DNA of 64,000 nt, from NCBI GenBank assembly GCA_944329445.1, contig CALVIH010000003.1, positions 5,338 through 69,337 of the forward strand, written 5' to 3'. The notes beneath the pieces are model-generated. The model was not told the DNA's origin, did not search any database, and saw only the letters and a list, made by a program, of their open reading frames with translations. The translations under genes and the position numbers were made by a program. How positions within the stretch are numbered: the first letter of the stretch is position 1; each line of letters begins with the position of its first letter. This DNA is from an uncultured Bacilli bacterium (lineage in GTDB: Bacteria > Bacillota_I > Bacilli_A > RF39 > UBA660). Shown here piece after piece: positions 1 through 8,816 of the stretch.

Positions 1-1
1 A

Positions 2-403
2 CCTAACTTAGTAGAAACCGTAAAAGGTTATGCTAAACATGAAAAAGAAACCTTGGATGCGGTAATCGACGCAAGAAGTAAAGCAACCAGTGCTAATACT
101 AAGGAGGAAGAAATTAAGGCTGCCGGTGAAGTAACCGAAGCTTTGGGAAGATTATTTGCTTTGGCAGAAAATTATCCTGATTTAAAGGCAAACCAAAACT
201 TCTTGGATTTGCAAAACAAACTAAATGAAGTTGAAGAGAAAATACGTTTTGCAAGGCAGTTTTATAATGATTCAGTTTTAACTTATAAAAATAAACTTGA
301 AATGTTTCCGTCAAATATAGTAGCTAACATGTTCGGTTTTAAACCTGAGGCTTTCTTTGAGGCAACGGAAGAAGAAAGAAAAAACGTACAAGTTAAATTT
401 TAG
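2..403 (+). CDS. lemA: LemA family protein, C-terminal part (5' end outside window)
   Basis: Frame is open from the window edge (PNLVETVKGYAKHEKETLDAV...). LemA-like C-terminus NQNFLDLQNKLNEVEEKIRFARQFYNDSVLTYKNKLEMFPSNIVANMFGF. Followed by a DUF2207 gene, the usual partner. Confidence 0.85.
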   Translation, partial: PNLVETVKGYAKHEKETLDAVIDARSKATSANTKEEEIKAAGEVTEALGRLFALAENYPDLKANQNFLDLQNKLNEVEEKIRFARQFYNDSVLTYKNKLEMFPSNIVANMFGFKPEAFFEATEEERKNVQVKF

Positions 404-443
404 TCTACTGTTTTAGTAGGCTTTTTTCTTTAAGGAGGAGTGT

Positions 444-2153
444 ATGAGAAAATTATCTAAAGTAGTATTTTTATCGGTAATTTTATTTATTTTTCCGTTG
501 GTTGTAAAGGCTAATAGCATATCAAAAATAAATATGGATATATACCTAGATGATAACGGAACGGCGCATGTTACCGAAACCTGGAGTGCTAACTTAAACC
601 AAGGAACGGAAGGGTATAAACCTTACTACAATATTGGTAATGCAAAAATAACCAATTTTAAAGTCAGTGAAAATGGTAAAGAGTACACCTATGATGATTA
701 CTGGAATACTAACGCAAGTTTTGATGATAAGGCCTATAAAAACGGAATTAATTATATTTCAAATGGCTTAGAGTTATGTTGGGGTATTTCTGAGTATGGT
801 TATCATGATTACGTTTTAACGTATGACATTGAAGGCTTTGTTGCAAGTCTTACTGATGCTGACATGATATACTGGACACTAATTCCTTATGAATTATCCT
901 CAAAACCAGGTGATGTTCATATTAAAATATACGCCGATGATTATTTCAGTCAGGATTTAGACGTTTGGGGTTATGGTAATTACGGAGGTACCGCATACGT
1001 ATACGATGGTTATATCGAAATGAATTCAGAAGGAACACTAGATTCTAATGAGTACATGACGATACTGGTTAAATTTGATAAAGAAACTTTTAATACGCAT
1101 AATAAACTTGATCAAGACTTTAATTATTATTTAGATATGGCCGAAGAAGGAGCTGAAGAATATAAAAAAGTTACTATTGATATTGGAGCAATTATAAGTT
1201 TTATTTTTCAGATATTTTTCTGGGGCATTTTAATTATTTCTATTGTTAAAGCAGTAAAGAAGGCAAACAATAGTGTTGGTACAAGAGTGTTAGATTTTGG
1301 TCCTAATGGTAAAACGCTTCCTAAAGAAGTTCCAAACATTAGAGATATACCATTTAACAAAGATATTAACCATACGTTTTGGGTAGCAAGTGCATATAGA
1401 TTAAATAGTAAAAAGACTGATTTTTTAGGAGCTATACTCTTAAAATGGTTAATGCAAAAGAAAATCTCTATTAAAAAAATAGAGACTGGTTTATTTAAGA
1501 ACAAAGAAGAAACAGCAATAGATTTATCTAAAGAAGAAGTTTTTGATAACATTCTTGAACTAGAATTATATAAAATGATGAAAGAAGCTAGTGAAGATGG
1601 TATTTTAGAATCAAAAGAGTTTGAAAAATGGTGTAAGAAAAATTATAAAACTATTCTTTCATGGTTTGATAAAGTAATTGATGAAGAAACAGATAAGTTA
1701 ACTAATCAAGGTAAAATTACATTAACGAAGAAAACTACGATGAAGGTATTTAAATCAAATGTTTTAGCAGTTAATTCATCATTGAAAGAAGACGCAATTA
1801 AATTAAAAGGTTTAAAAAACTTTTTAGAAGAATTTTCTAGGATGGATGATAAAGAAGCAATTGAAGTAAATTTGTGGGAATATTATTTAATATATGCTCA
1901 AATTTTAGGAATTGCTGATAAAGTAGCTAAACAATTTAAAAAGTTATATCCAGAATTAATTGAAAATACTGAATATGGATATACTTATAACGATATTATA
2001 TTTATAAATATGATAAGTTTTCGTGGCATGAATATGGCAACAAGTTCGATGCAACGAGCCCAAAGCTATTCTTCTGGAGGTGGAGGATTTTCATCAGGAG
2101 GCGGAGGAGGAGGTTCCTTCGGCGGCGGAGGCGGCGGAGGCGGCTTCCGATAA
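444..2153 (+). CDS. DUF2207-family membrane protein with Gly-rich C-terminal tail
   Basis: AGGAGG RBS, signal peptide, central TM segments, C-terminal SSGGGGFSSGGGGGGSFGGGGGGGGFR. The LemA-DUF2207 pairing is common. Confidence 0.8.
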   Translation: MRKLSKVVFLSVILFIFPLVVKANSISKINMDIYLDDNGTAHVTETWSANLNQGTEGYKPYYNIGNAKITNFKVSENGKEYTYDDYWNTNASFDDKAYKNGINYISNGLELCWGISEYGYHDYVLTYDIEGFVASLTDADMIYWTLIPYELSSKPGDVHIKIYADDYFSQDLDVWGYGNYGGTAYVYDGYIEMNSEGTLDSNEYMTILVKFDKETFNTHNKLDQDFNYYLDMAEEGAEEYKKVTIDIGAIISFIFQIFFWGILIISIVKAVKKANNSVGTRVLDFGPNGKTLPKEVPNIRDIPFNKDINHTFWVASAYRLNSKKTDFLGAILLKWLMQKKISIKKIETGLFKNKEETAIDLSKEEVFDNILELELYKMMKEASEDGILESKEFEKWCKKNYKTILSWFDKVIDEETDKLTNQGKITLTKKTTMKVFKSNVLAVNSSLKEDAIKLKGLKNFLEEFSRMDDKEAIEVNLWEYYLIYAQILGIADKVAKQFKKLYPELIENTEYGYTYNDIIFINMISFRGMNMATSSMQRAQSYSSGGGGFSSGGGGGGSFGGGGGGGGFR

Positions 2154-2157
2154 GCTA

Positions 2158-2186
2158 TTGACTAAAACTTAAAATTATTATAAACT
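2158..2186 (+). promoter_or_regulatory. Candidate sigma-A promoter of the hisS-aspS leader
   Basis: TTGACT (2158-2163), 17 nt spacer, TAAACT (2181-2186). Confidence 0.4.
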
Positions 2187-2191
2187 ATAAC

Positions 2192-2330
2192 TAGTTTTAG
2201 TAAGAAGTGACATCTTACAATATAAATAAAACTAAGACAATTAAATATTTAAAACAAGAGCACTTATGTGAAATAGGGTGGCACCGTGGACTTATTTAGT
2301 TCATCCCTATAACTTAAGGCTCTTTTTATT
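2192..2330 (+). promoter_or_regulatory. Compact T-box leader upstream of hisS-aspS
   Basis: T-box motif AUAGGGUGGCACCGUGG at 2273-2289. Antiterminator-like helices AUAGGG/CCCUAU and GUGGAC/GUUCAU flank the UGGC bulge. U-tract at 2321-2327. Upstream hairpin 2192-2234 has a 7-nt loop AGUGACA containing GAC. Confidence 0.6.
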
Positions 2331-2344
2331 TAATAGGAGGAATT

Positions 2345-3694
2345 ATGATAACGAAACCAAAAGGAACGAAAGATATTTATGGAAAAGAAGCTAAAAAATG
2401 GCAATATGTAAGTAAAGTAATCGATGAAGTTATGGAAAAATATAACTATAATTACATACGTGTTCCTGTATTTGAATCAAGTGAATTATTTCATAGAGGA
2501 GTTGGAGAAACAACTGATATAGTAACAAAAGAAACTTATGATTTTACTGATCGTGGTGGAAGAAATATGACATTAAGACCAGAAGGAACTGCTGGTGTAG
2601 TTAGAAGTTATATTGAAAATAAAATGTATGGAGATGTTAATCAACCAGTAAAATTATATTATAACTGCCCAATGTATCGTTATGAAAGACCACAAGCTGG
2701 AAGGTATAGAGAACTTACTCAGTTTGGATACGAACTAATCGGAAGTGATGATCCTTTATCAGATGCAGAAGTAATAAGTCTTGCGGTTAACATTTATAAA
2801 ATCCTTGGTCTAAAAGGAATAAAAGTTAACGTTAACACTCTTGGTGATCAAGAATCAAGAGATAATTATAGAAAGGCCTTGATAAAGCACTTTAAACCAC
2901 ACGTAAATGAATTATGTGAAGATTGTAAGGAAAGATTGGAAAAAAATCCTCTTCGTATTTTAGATTGTAAGGTTGATCAAGATAAAGAAGTTATGAAAAC
3001 CGCTCCTAAAACAATTGACTATTTGAATGATGAATCTAAAGAAAGATTTGAAAAAGTAAAGGAATATCTAGAGATTATGGGCGTAGAATACGTAGTTGAT
3101 CCATCAGTTGTAAGGGGACTTGATTATTATAATCACACCGTGTTTGAAGTCGAGGCAAAAATAGAAGGTTTTGGGGCTCAAAACGTTATCGGAGGAGGCG
3201 GAAGATACAACACCTTAGTAGAACAAATAGGTGGTCCTAAAACACCTGGAATTGGTTTTGCTGCTGGGTTTGACAGACTAATGCTTGCATTAGAATATGA
3301 AAAAGTAAACATTCCGGTTCAAACAAGCGTTGACTTATTCTTGTTATACGTAAACGAAGATGAAAAAAAATACGCAGCATATCTAACTAACGAGCTTAGA
3401 ATGAATGGTTTTATCGTTGAAACTGATTATTTAAACAGGAGTTTAAAGGCAGGCTTTAAGCAAGCAGACAGGTTGAATAGTAAGTTTACCATCGTGTTAA
3501 ATAGTGAGGATTTAAAACAAAACGAAGTTAAAATAAAAAATAATAAAACAAAGGAAGAAGACGTTATTTCACTAGATGCGATTATTTATTATTTAGATGA
3601 AAACATAACCGAAGAAGACGATTGTAGCTGCGGTGCTAGTGAAGAACATAATTGTAATTGTGGTGATAAATGCAAGTGTCATAAGGAGGATTAA
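2345..3694 (+). CDS. hisS: Histidine--tRNA ligase
   Basis: HisRS motifs LRPEGTAGVVR, LDYYNHTVFEV, GGGGRYNTL. GGAGG RBS. Unusual Cys/His-rich C-terminal tail. Confidence 0.95.
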   Translation: MITKPKGTKDIYGKEAKKWQYVSKVIDEVMEKYNYNYIRVPVFESSELFHRGVGETTDIVTKETYDFTDRGGRNMTLRPEGTAGVVRSYIENKMYGDVNQPVKLYYNCPMYRYERPQAGRYRELTQFGYELIGSDDPLSDAEVISLAVNIYKILGLKGIKVNVNTLGDQESRDNYRKALIKHFKPHVNELCEDCKERLEKNPLRILDCKVDQDKEVMKTAPKTIDYLNDESKERFEKVKEYLEIMGVEYVVDPSVVRGLDYYNHTVFEVEAKIEGFGAQNVIGGGGRYNTLVEQIGGPKTPGIGFAAGFDRLMLALEYEKVNIPVQTSVDLFLLYVNEDEKKYAAYLTNELRMNGFIVETDYLNRSLKAGFKQADRLNSKFTIVLNSEDLKQNEVKIKNNKTKEEDVISLDAIIYYLDENITEEDDCSCGASEEHNCNCGDKCKCHKED

Positions 3695-3696
3695 AC

Positions 3697-4998
3697 ATGA
3701 TAGATTATAAAAAGTGTATAAATAAGAAAATAACAATATCTGGTTTTGCTGAAAAAGTTAGAAACTTACAATGGGTACAATTCATTGTACTTAGAAACGA
3801 AGGTCAAAGAATCCAGGTTACGATTGAAAAGTCCATTCCAAAAAACCAAAAAATGGTTGAAATAGTAGATAAACTAACAAACGAATCAACCATTACGGTA
3901 ACAGGAACCATAAAGGAAAATGAGAAGGTTAAAATGGGGGGTATGGAGTTAATTCCTGATTCCATTGAGGTTACTAGCTCTTCAGCACCAGAACTTCCAA
4001 TTAACATAGCAAATAAGGATGCTGCTTTAATTGATACCAGAATGGACAATCGTTTTCTTGATTTAAGAAATGACGTTAACTTTCATATATTTAAAATACA
4101 AACCGAATTTGTGCGTGCGATGAGACAGTATTTATATGATAATGATTTTACCGAGATACATACCCCAAAATTAATTGGCGCCGCATCAGAATCAGGTAGT
4201 GAAGTTTTTGAGGTTAACTATTTTGGAAACAAAGCATACCTTGCTCAATCACCGCAGTTTTATAAACAAATGGCAATTGCGGCAGGGTACGAAAGAGTCT
4301 TTGAGGTAGCTCCTTGTTTTCGTGCGGAAAACTCAAACACCAATCGTCACGCAACCGAATTTACTTCGTTTGATTTGGAGTTTGCAAACATCAATTCATA
4401 TGAAGATGTCATGAAGGTAGAAGAAGAACTTTTAGTTACAGGTCTTACCGCGGTAAAAGAAAAATATGGTGATTTGATTAAAGAATTATATGGTGTGGAC
4501 GTTGTTATTCCAACAATTCCTTTTCCAAGGATAGATTTACAAGATTTGTATAAAGAGCTAAGTGAAAGATATGGTTATAAGGTGCCTGATCATGATATTG
4601 GAGATATGAATGCCGAAGCAGAAAAACTAACTAGTAAATACGCTAATGAAGTTTATGGTCATGAGTTTATCTTTGTAACTGGTTTTAGTAAAACAAAAAG
4701 GCCTTTCTACCACATGAGAAAAGATGGTATTCCTCAAGGATACGACCTTATCTGGAGAGGTACAGAAATTACTACCGGAGCACAAAGAGAACATCGTTAT
4801 GACGTGTTAGAAGAGCAAGCTAAAGAAAAGGGTCTTGGCGAAGACATTAAGTTTTATAAAGACTTCTTTAAGTATGGTTGCCCACCACACGGAGGTTTTG
4901 CGCTTGGAATCGATAGGATGACCATGCTATTATTAGGTCTACCTTCACTTAAGGAAACCATGTTCTTATTTAGGGGACCTAATAGATTAACACCATAG
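3697..4998 (+). CDS. aspS: Aspartate--tRNA ligase, short archaeal/type-2 form (no GAD insertion)
   Basis: Class IIb motifs FRAENSNTNRHATEFTSFDLE and PPHGGFALGIDRMTMLLLGL. 433 aa. Sits directly after hisS as in the hisS-aspS operon. Confidence 0.85.
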   Translation: MIDYKKCINKKITISGFAEKVRNLQWVQFIVLRNEGQRIQVTIEKSIPKNQKMVEIVDKLTNESTITVTGTIKENEKVKMGGMELIPDSIEVTSSSAPELPINIANKDAALIDTRMDNRFLDLRNDVNFHIFKIQTEFVRAMRQYLYDNDFTEIHTPKLIGAASESGSEVFEVNYFGNKAYLAQSPQFYKQMAIAAGYERVFEVAPCFRAENSNTNRHATEFTSFDLEFANINSYEDVMKVEEELLVTGLTAVKEKYGDLIKELYGVDVVIPTIPFPRIDLQDLYKELSERYGYKVPDHDIGDMNAEAEKLTSKYANEVYGHEFIFVTGFSKTKRPFYHMRKDGIPQGYDLIWRGTEITTGAQREHRYDVLEEQAKEKGLGEDIKFYKDFFKYGCPPHGGFALGIDRMTMLLLGLPSLKETMFLFRGPNRLTP

Positions 4999-5019
4999 TT
5001 GATACATAAAGGAGGGTTT

Positions 5020-5574
5020 ATGGAAAATAAAGATTACGTTCAAAAGGCGTTTGATAAAATAAATGCAAGGAAAAAATTATACGACGAAAAAAAAGAAATA
5101 ATAAATGAAAAGATTACTTTTTTGGAAGAGTACATTAAGGAAAATGATGATAAAATAGAGAAAGAGGTAATCAATGATGGTTTTACAAGCCTACTTAAAG
5201 TTGAAATGTGGGCTTATTATGGATTAGCGTTTTTCAGTGTTCCTTTTCTTGCAAAAGAAGATGAATTATTATTTTCATTCCTTTGTTTTTTAAGTGGTGA
5301 GGTTATCCAAAATATTATAACTTCTACTTACGAGTCATCGCCTTCTTTAATAGAATTAGATAGAAAGTATAGACATTTAACAAAAGAAAAGAAAAAAGCG
5401 GAAAAAATGATTTATAAATTATATAAAAAATTAGGTGTATTTAAAAGAGGCTACGAGGAAAGTTCTTATAAGGACGTTGAAAGATTGTTTTCCGATGAAG
5501 GATTAAATTACCATGACAAAGATGAACAACATCAAAATGATTATTCTAAAATAATGACCAACAATAAGTGTTAA
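5020..5574 (+). CDS. Hypothetical membrane/coiled-coil protein
   Basis: ATG at 5020 preceded by AAGGAGGG; the track start at 5999-equivalent TTG (4999) has no RBS. Hydrophobic centre and K/E-rich flanks. Confidence 0.6.
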   Translation: MENKDYVQKAFDKINARKKLYDEKKEIINEKITFLEEYIKENDDKIEKEVINDGFTSLLKVEMWAYYGLAFFSVPFLAKEDELLFSFLCFLSGEVIQNIITSTYESSPSLIELDRKYRHLTKEKKKAEKMIYKLYKKLGVFKRGYEESSYKDVERLFSDEGLNYHDKDEQHQNDYSKIMTNNKC

Positions 5575-5576
5575 GA

Positions 5577-5610
5577 AAAGTATATTTAAGATTATAAATA
5601 TACTTTTTTA
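5577..5610 (+). terminator. Rho-independent terminator
   Basis: Perfect 12-bp stem AAAGTATATTTA/TAAATATACTTT followed by a T run. Confidence 0.7.
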
Positions 5611-5668
5611 TTGTTTTTTAGAAGAAAATAATATATAATTAACTTAGATTAAGAATAGGAGTGGGAGT

Positions 5669-6337
5669 ATGAAGGAAGAAATATTGGGTCTAGAAGCAGA
5701 CTTTGCTAATAACGAATATTTTGGTACTAACGTATGGACCGAAGAAAAGTATCGCGTTTTAAGCGGAAGCGTACCCGTACTTTTATCTGCTCCACACGCT
5801 GTTAATCAAATTCGTGGTGACGACGTAAGGGATGCTGAAAAATACACAGGTTCTTTAGTAAGGTACTTATGTAATGCAACTAGTTCTTACGGAATATTTC
5901 AACTTTTCACTCACGCTGATCCTAACACGGACGAAGAAAATGATTATAAAAACGGCGTTATTAACCTTGTAAACGCTTACAACATCAAACTACTTATTGA
6001 TGTTCATTCAAGCACATTTAAGGATGATACTGTTTTAGATATAGTAACAAACGCAAGAGAAACATTACGTGGAATGAATAATTTATATGATAAACTAAAA
6101 GAATTAGGAGCTAAATATAACGTAAAAGTAGACGAACAAAACGTTCCTAATAAAGAAAAAGAAAACGAAATAATTACCGTATCATCTTTACTATGTAACA
6201 TCCCATCGATTAGGATTGTTATTAATAACAAAAAGCTTGACGTTTTAAACGATGAAAAGACGTTTGAAAACATCATTAAGGTAATTGAAGAATTTATTTC
6301 ATACTTCAATTATTCTTACTGTAAACTTTCGCAATAA
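5669..6337 (+). CDS. Hypothetical protein, possibly an N-formylglutamate-amidohydrolase-like hydrolase
   Basis: Good RBS (GGAGTGGGAG). LLSAPHAVNQ and LLIDVHSS resemble FGase-family metal-ligand motifs; the family assignment is weak. Confidence 0.5.
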   Translation: MKEEILGLEADFANNEYFGTNVWTEEKYRVLSGSVPVLLSAPHAVNQIRGDDVRDAEKYTGSLVRYLCNATSSYGIFQLFTHADPNTDEENDYKNGVINLVNAYNIKLLIDVHSSTFKDDTVLDIVTNARETLRGMNNLYDKLKELGAKYNVKVDEQNVPNKEKENEIITVSSLLCNIPSIRIVINNKKLDVLNDEKTFENIIKVIEEFISYFNYSYCKLSQ

Positions 6338-6340
6338 ATG

Positions 6341-6370
6341 TTGAATATTATATTGCTATCGTGGTATAAT
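6341..6370 (+). promoter_or_regulatory. Sigma-A promoter with extended -10 for the 6S RNA
   Basis: TTGAAT (6341-6346), 18 nt spacer, TGgTATAAT (6362-6370). Confidence 0.55.
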
Positions 6371-6374
6371 ATAA

Positions 6375-6552
6375 TTGACCTGAAGGTATCGTGAGCTGGC
6401 ACATTTAACCCGCTAAATATTATAAGGGAATCAGAATCAATGGTGGTGTTCATGCTTAACTATGATTAAGAAGTCTAAAGCCATTGTGGGATGCCCACCT
6501 GCGAGATGTGCAGGTTTATCTTGTCAGTAAAACGACCCTTTGGGTCTTTTTT
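6375..6552 (+). ncRNA. ssrS: 6S RNA (RNA polymerase-binding regulatory RNA)
   Basis: ORF-free transcript of about 175 nt with its own promoter and terminator (GACCC-TTT-GGGTC plus T6). The 5' end UUGAC..AAGGUA pairs with the 3' end UAUCUU-GUCAG to give a long closing helix. Contains CCACCUGCG as in B. subtilis 6S-1. Same aspS/yrvM(tcdA) position as B. subtilis bsrA. Confidence 0.65.
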
Positions 6553-6600
6553 ATTTGCAAATGTTAAATAAAAAATATATAATTGTTTAGGGAGAAAAAA

Positions 6601-7278
6601 ATGGAACAATTTAGCAGAACCGAAAAAGTAATTGGAAAAGAAAAAGTTAATTTATTAAAAGGTACCTCAGTTCTTGTTGTAGGAGTTGGGGGAGTTGGTG
6701 GAATGTGTGTTGAAATGCTCGCTAGAAGCGGTATTGGAAACATAAGCTTAATTGATTATGATACGTTTGAATGTTCTAACCTTAATAGACAAATCTTAAG
6801 TACAATTGATAATATTGGTGAAAGTAAAGTAGCTATTGCAAAAAAAAGAATTAATAGTATTAATCCTAATTGTAATATAAAAACATATAACTATAAAATA
6901 GATGTAAATTTTAGTGGATTAGAAGAAAAGATAGATTATATTGTTGATGCTTGTGATGATATTAAGGCGAAAATAGTACTTATTAAGTATGCACTAAACA
7001 ATGATATAAAAATAATATCATGTTGTGGGACAGGTAATAGAATGGAGCCTCAAGCTCTTAAAATTACAAACGTTTGGAAAACTGAATACGATCCATTAGC
7101 AAAAAAACTTAGAACAGAACTTAGAAAAGAAAAAATAAATTATAAATTACCAGTTGTGTGCTCTTCGGAAAAACCTTTGGTTAAAACACAAGGAGAAATA
7201 GGATCGGTTGCAATGGTTCCTAATGCGGCTGGTATATTACTTGCAAGTTACGTAATAAATGACGTTATAGAAAGGTAG
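6601..7278 (+). CDS. tcdA: tRNA threonylcarbamoyladenosine dehydratase (ThiF/YrvM family)
   Basis: VVGVGGVGG nucleotide-binding loop, CSNLNRQ, about 225 aa. ATG at 6601 follows AGGGAG. Confidence 0.8.
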   Translation: MEQFSRTEKVIGKEKVNLLKGTSVLVVGVGGVGGMCVEMLARSGIGNISLIDYDTFECSNLNRQILSTIDNIGESKVAIAKKRINSINPNCNIKTYNYKIDVNFSGLEEKIDYIVDACDDIKAKIVLIKYALNNDIKIISCCGTGNRMEPQALKITNVWKTEYDPLAKKLRTELRKEKINYKLPVVCSSEKPLVKTQGEIGSVAMVPNAAGILLASYVINDVIER

Positions 7279-7479
7279 ATTTAGATGTATTAAAAAACTA
7301 AAATATTAGCATATAAATTTATTGATAGTAAAAAAGTAGATAACTCGCAACAACACAAGATTATCGCAACCCAAAAAAGGATATTTAAAAAATTAAAGAT
7401 AAAAAATAATTAGTTTTATTATTGTATAAATATTAATTAAATGATACAATTATTTATGTAATAATAGGGAGTTGAATTT

Positions 7480-8805
7480 ATGAGAAAGAAAAGTATATTA
7501 TTATCTTTTATTATATGTATGTTTATGTTTATAGGTAGCGTAAATGCTGAATCTAGTATTACTTGTACTCCTACTAATGCATACATAGGAGACCAAATTA
7601 CTTGTTCAATTAAAACTGATGAACCAGTTGAAGTTAGTTCTAAACTTGATGTTGTGGCGGGAGATACCACTTTAACAAAGGATGGTAACATTGTTTATAA
7701 AGCATCTGCCGAGGGGACCTATGATATCATTATAAAAACAATTGATCCTGGATACACCAACACCGTTAAAGTTCAGGTTAGAGCACAAACAACTACCACT
7801 AGAACAACAACAACGACAACTAAGGCTAAGTCGGATAATAATTATTTATCCACCATTACAATTAATGGAGAGGAAATAGATGATTTTTCTAGGGGTGCCT
7901 CAAAATATTTTGTTGAAGTTGAAAATGATGTTACGAAAGTTACTTTAAATGCTAAGGCGGAAGACGAAAATGCTAAAGTTGAAATTGATGGACCTAGTAG
8001 TTTACAGGTTGGTGATAATGAATATACCATATCAGTTACATCGGAAAATGATACAACGAAGTTTTACAAAGTAATCGTTACCAGATTAGATGAGGAAGAA
8101 TCTTCTAACACCAGAATAAAAAACATAAAAATAAAAGGGTATCGCTTTAACTTTGATAGGAATTCCAAAACGTTTTATCTAAACATTGATAAAGAGGATA
8201 CCGAACTTGATATAATGGTTACGTTAAGTGATGATAGTTCAAGCTATGAAATAGAAGGTAATGAGAACCTTGAGGATGGAAGCGTAATTAAAATAATAGT
8301 AACAGCAGAAGATGGTAACACGGATACTTATAGAATCATAATTGAAAAAAAGGACACGAATTACGTTCCGTTTATAATTGCGGGTATTATTATTTTAATA
8401 ATAGTTGGTTTGGTAATATTCTTTGTTATTAGAAAGAACAAGAAGAAAAAAGAAGAGGGTAAAAAAACCAAAGAAAAAGAAGCGAGGAGCAAAAAAACAC
8501 CTAATAAACCTGAAGTAAAAGAAAAAGATTATCAAGAAGAGAAAACCATCGAAATGCCAGCAATCAGTGGTGAAAGTACCGAATCTGACGTTACATCAGA
8601 AGATTTACCAGAAGATGAAGACGATTTTGACGTTCCTTTAATCGATAATGACGAAGAGGAGGAAACCAGAATACTTTCGTATGCTGAAAGAGAAGAATTA
8701 GAAAGAACTAAAGCTTTAAACGACGATGATATAGGAAGCGTTATCGATGAAGAATTAGAAAAGAAATTGTCATCTAACGACGATGACGAAGAAGAGTATT
8801 ATTAA
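7480..8805 (+). CDS. Membrane-anchored surface protein with two cadherin-like beta-sandwich domains and an acidic cytoplasmic tail
   Basis: Signal peptide, Thr-rich linker (TTTTRTTTTTT), two 'L..I.I.G..I..F......Y.V.V' domains, a TM helix, then a KKKKEE stop-transfer and a D/E-rich tail. Confidence 0.7.
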   Translation: MRKKSILLSFIICMFMFIGSVNAESSITCTPTNAYIGDQITCSIKTDEPVEVSSKLDVVAGDTTLTKDGNIVYKASAEGTYDIIIKTIDPGYTNTVKVQVRAQTTTTRTTTTTTKAKSDNNYLSTITINGEEIDDFSRGASKYFVEVENDVTKVTLNAKAEDENAKVEIDGPSSLQVGDNEYTISVTSENDTTKFYKVIVTRLDEEESSNTRIKNIKIKGYRFNFDRNSKTFYLNIDKEDTELDIMVTLSDDSSSYEIEGNENLEDGSVIKIIVTAEDGNTDTYRIIIEKKDTNYVPFIIAGIIILIIVGLVIFFVIRKNKKKKEEGKKTKEKEARSKKTPNKPEVKEKDYQEEKTIEMPAISGESTESDVTSEDLPEDEDDFDVPLIDNDEEEETRILSYAEREELERTKALNDDDIGSVIDEELEKKLSSNDDDEEEYY

Positions 8806-8816
8806 ATAAAGAAGAA

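Noticed and set aside
114-314. Antisense ORFs from the track inside well-supported genes, for example 114-314, 1208-1552, 3804-4049, 6004-6309, 7437-7691, 9019-9240, 9805-10059, 27598-28011, 28363-28824, 35339-35860, 47006-47356, 50374-50817, 53216-53560, 58594-58875, 62794-63123 and similar.
   Set aside because: Each lies fully opposite a gene with strong family motifs. They lack RBSs and have the Ser/Leu/Phe-rich composition typical of the reverse frames of AT-rich genes.
2096-2147. GGN-rich simple sequence at the end of the DUF2207 gene, considered as a slippage-prone repeat.
   Set aside because: The codons are heterogeneous (gga/ggc/ggt mixed with tcc/ttc), so there is no perfect microsatellite. 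Gly-rich tails are normal for this family.
2206-2214. Reading the hisS leader specifier as CAU (His).
   Set aside because: CAU extends into the paired stem. GAC-A sits fully within the loop, and the UGGC bulge predicts a G73 (Asp) discriminator rather than C73 (His). This remains an open question and is kept as a caveat in the T-box finding.
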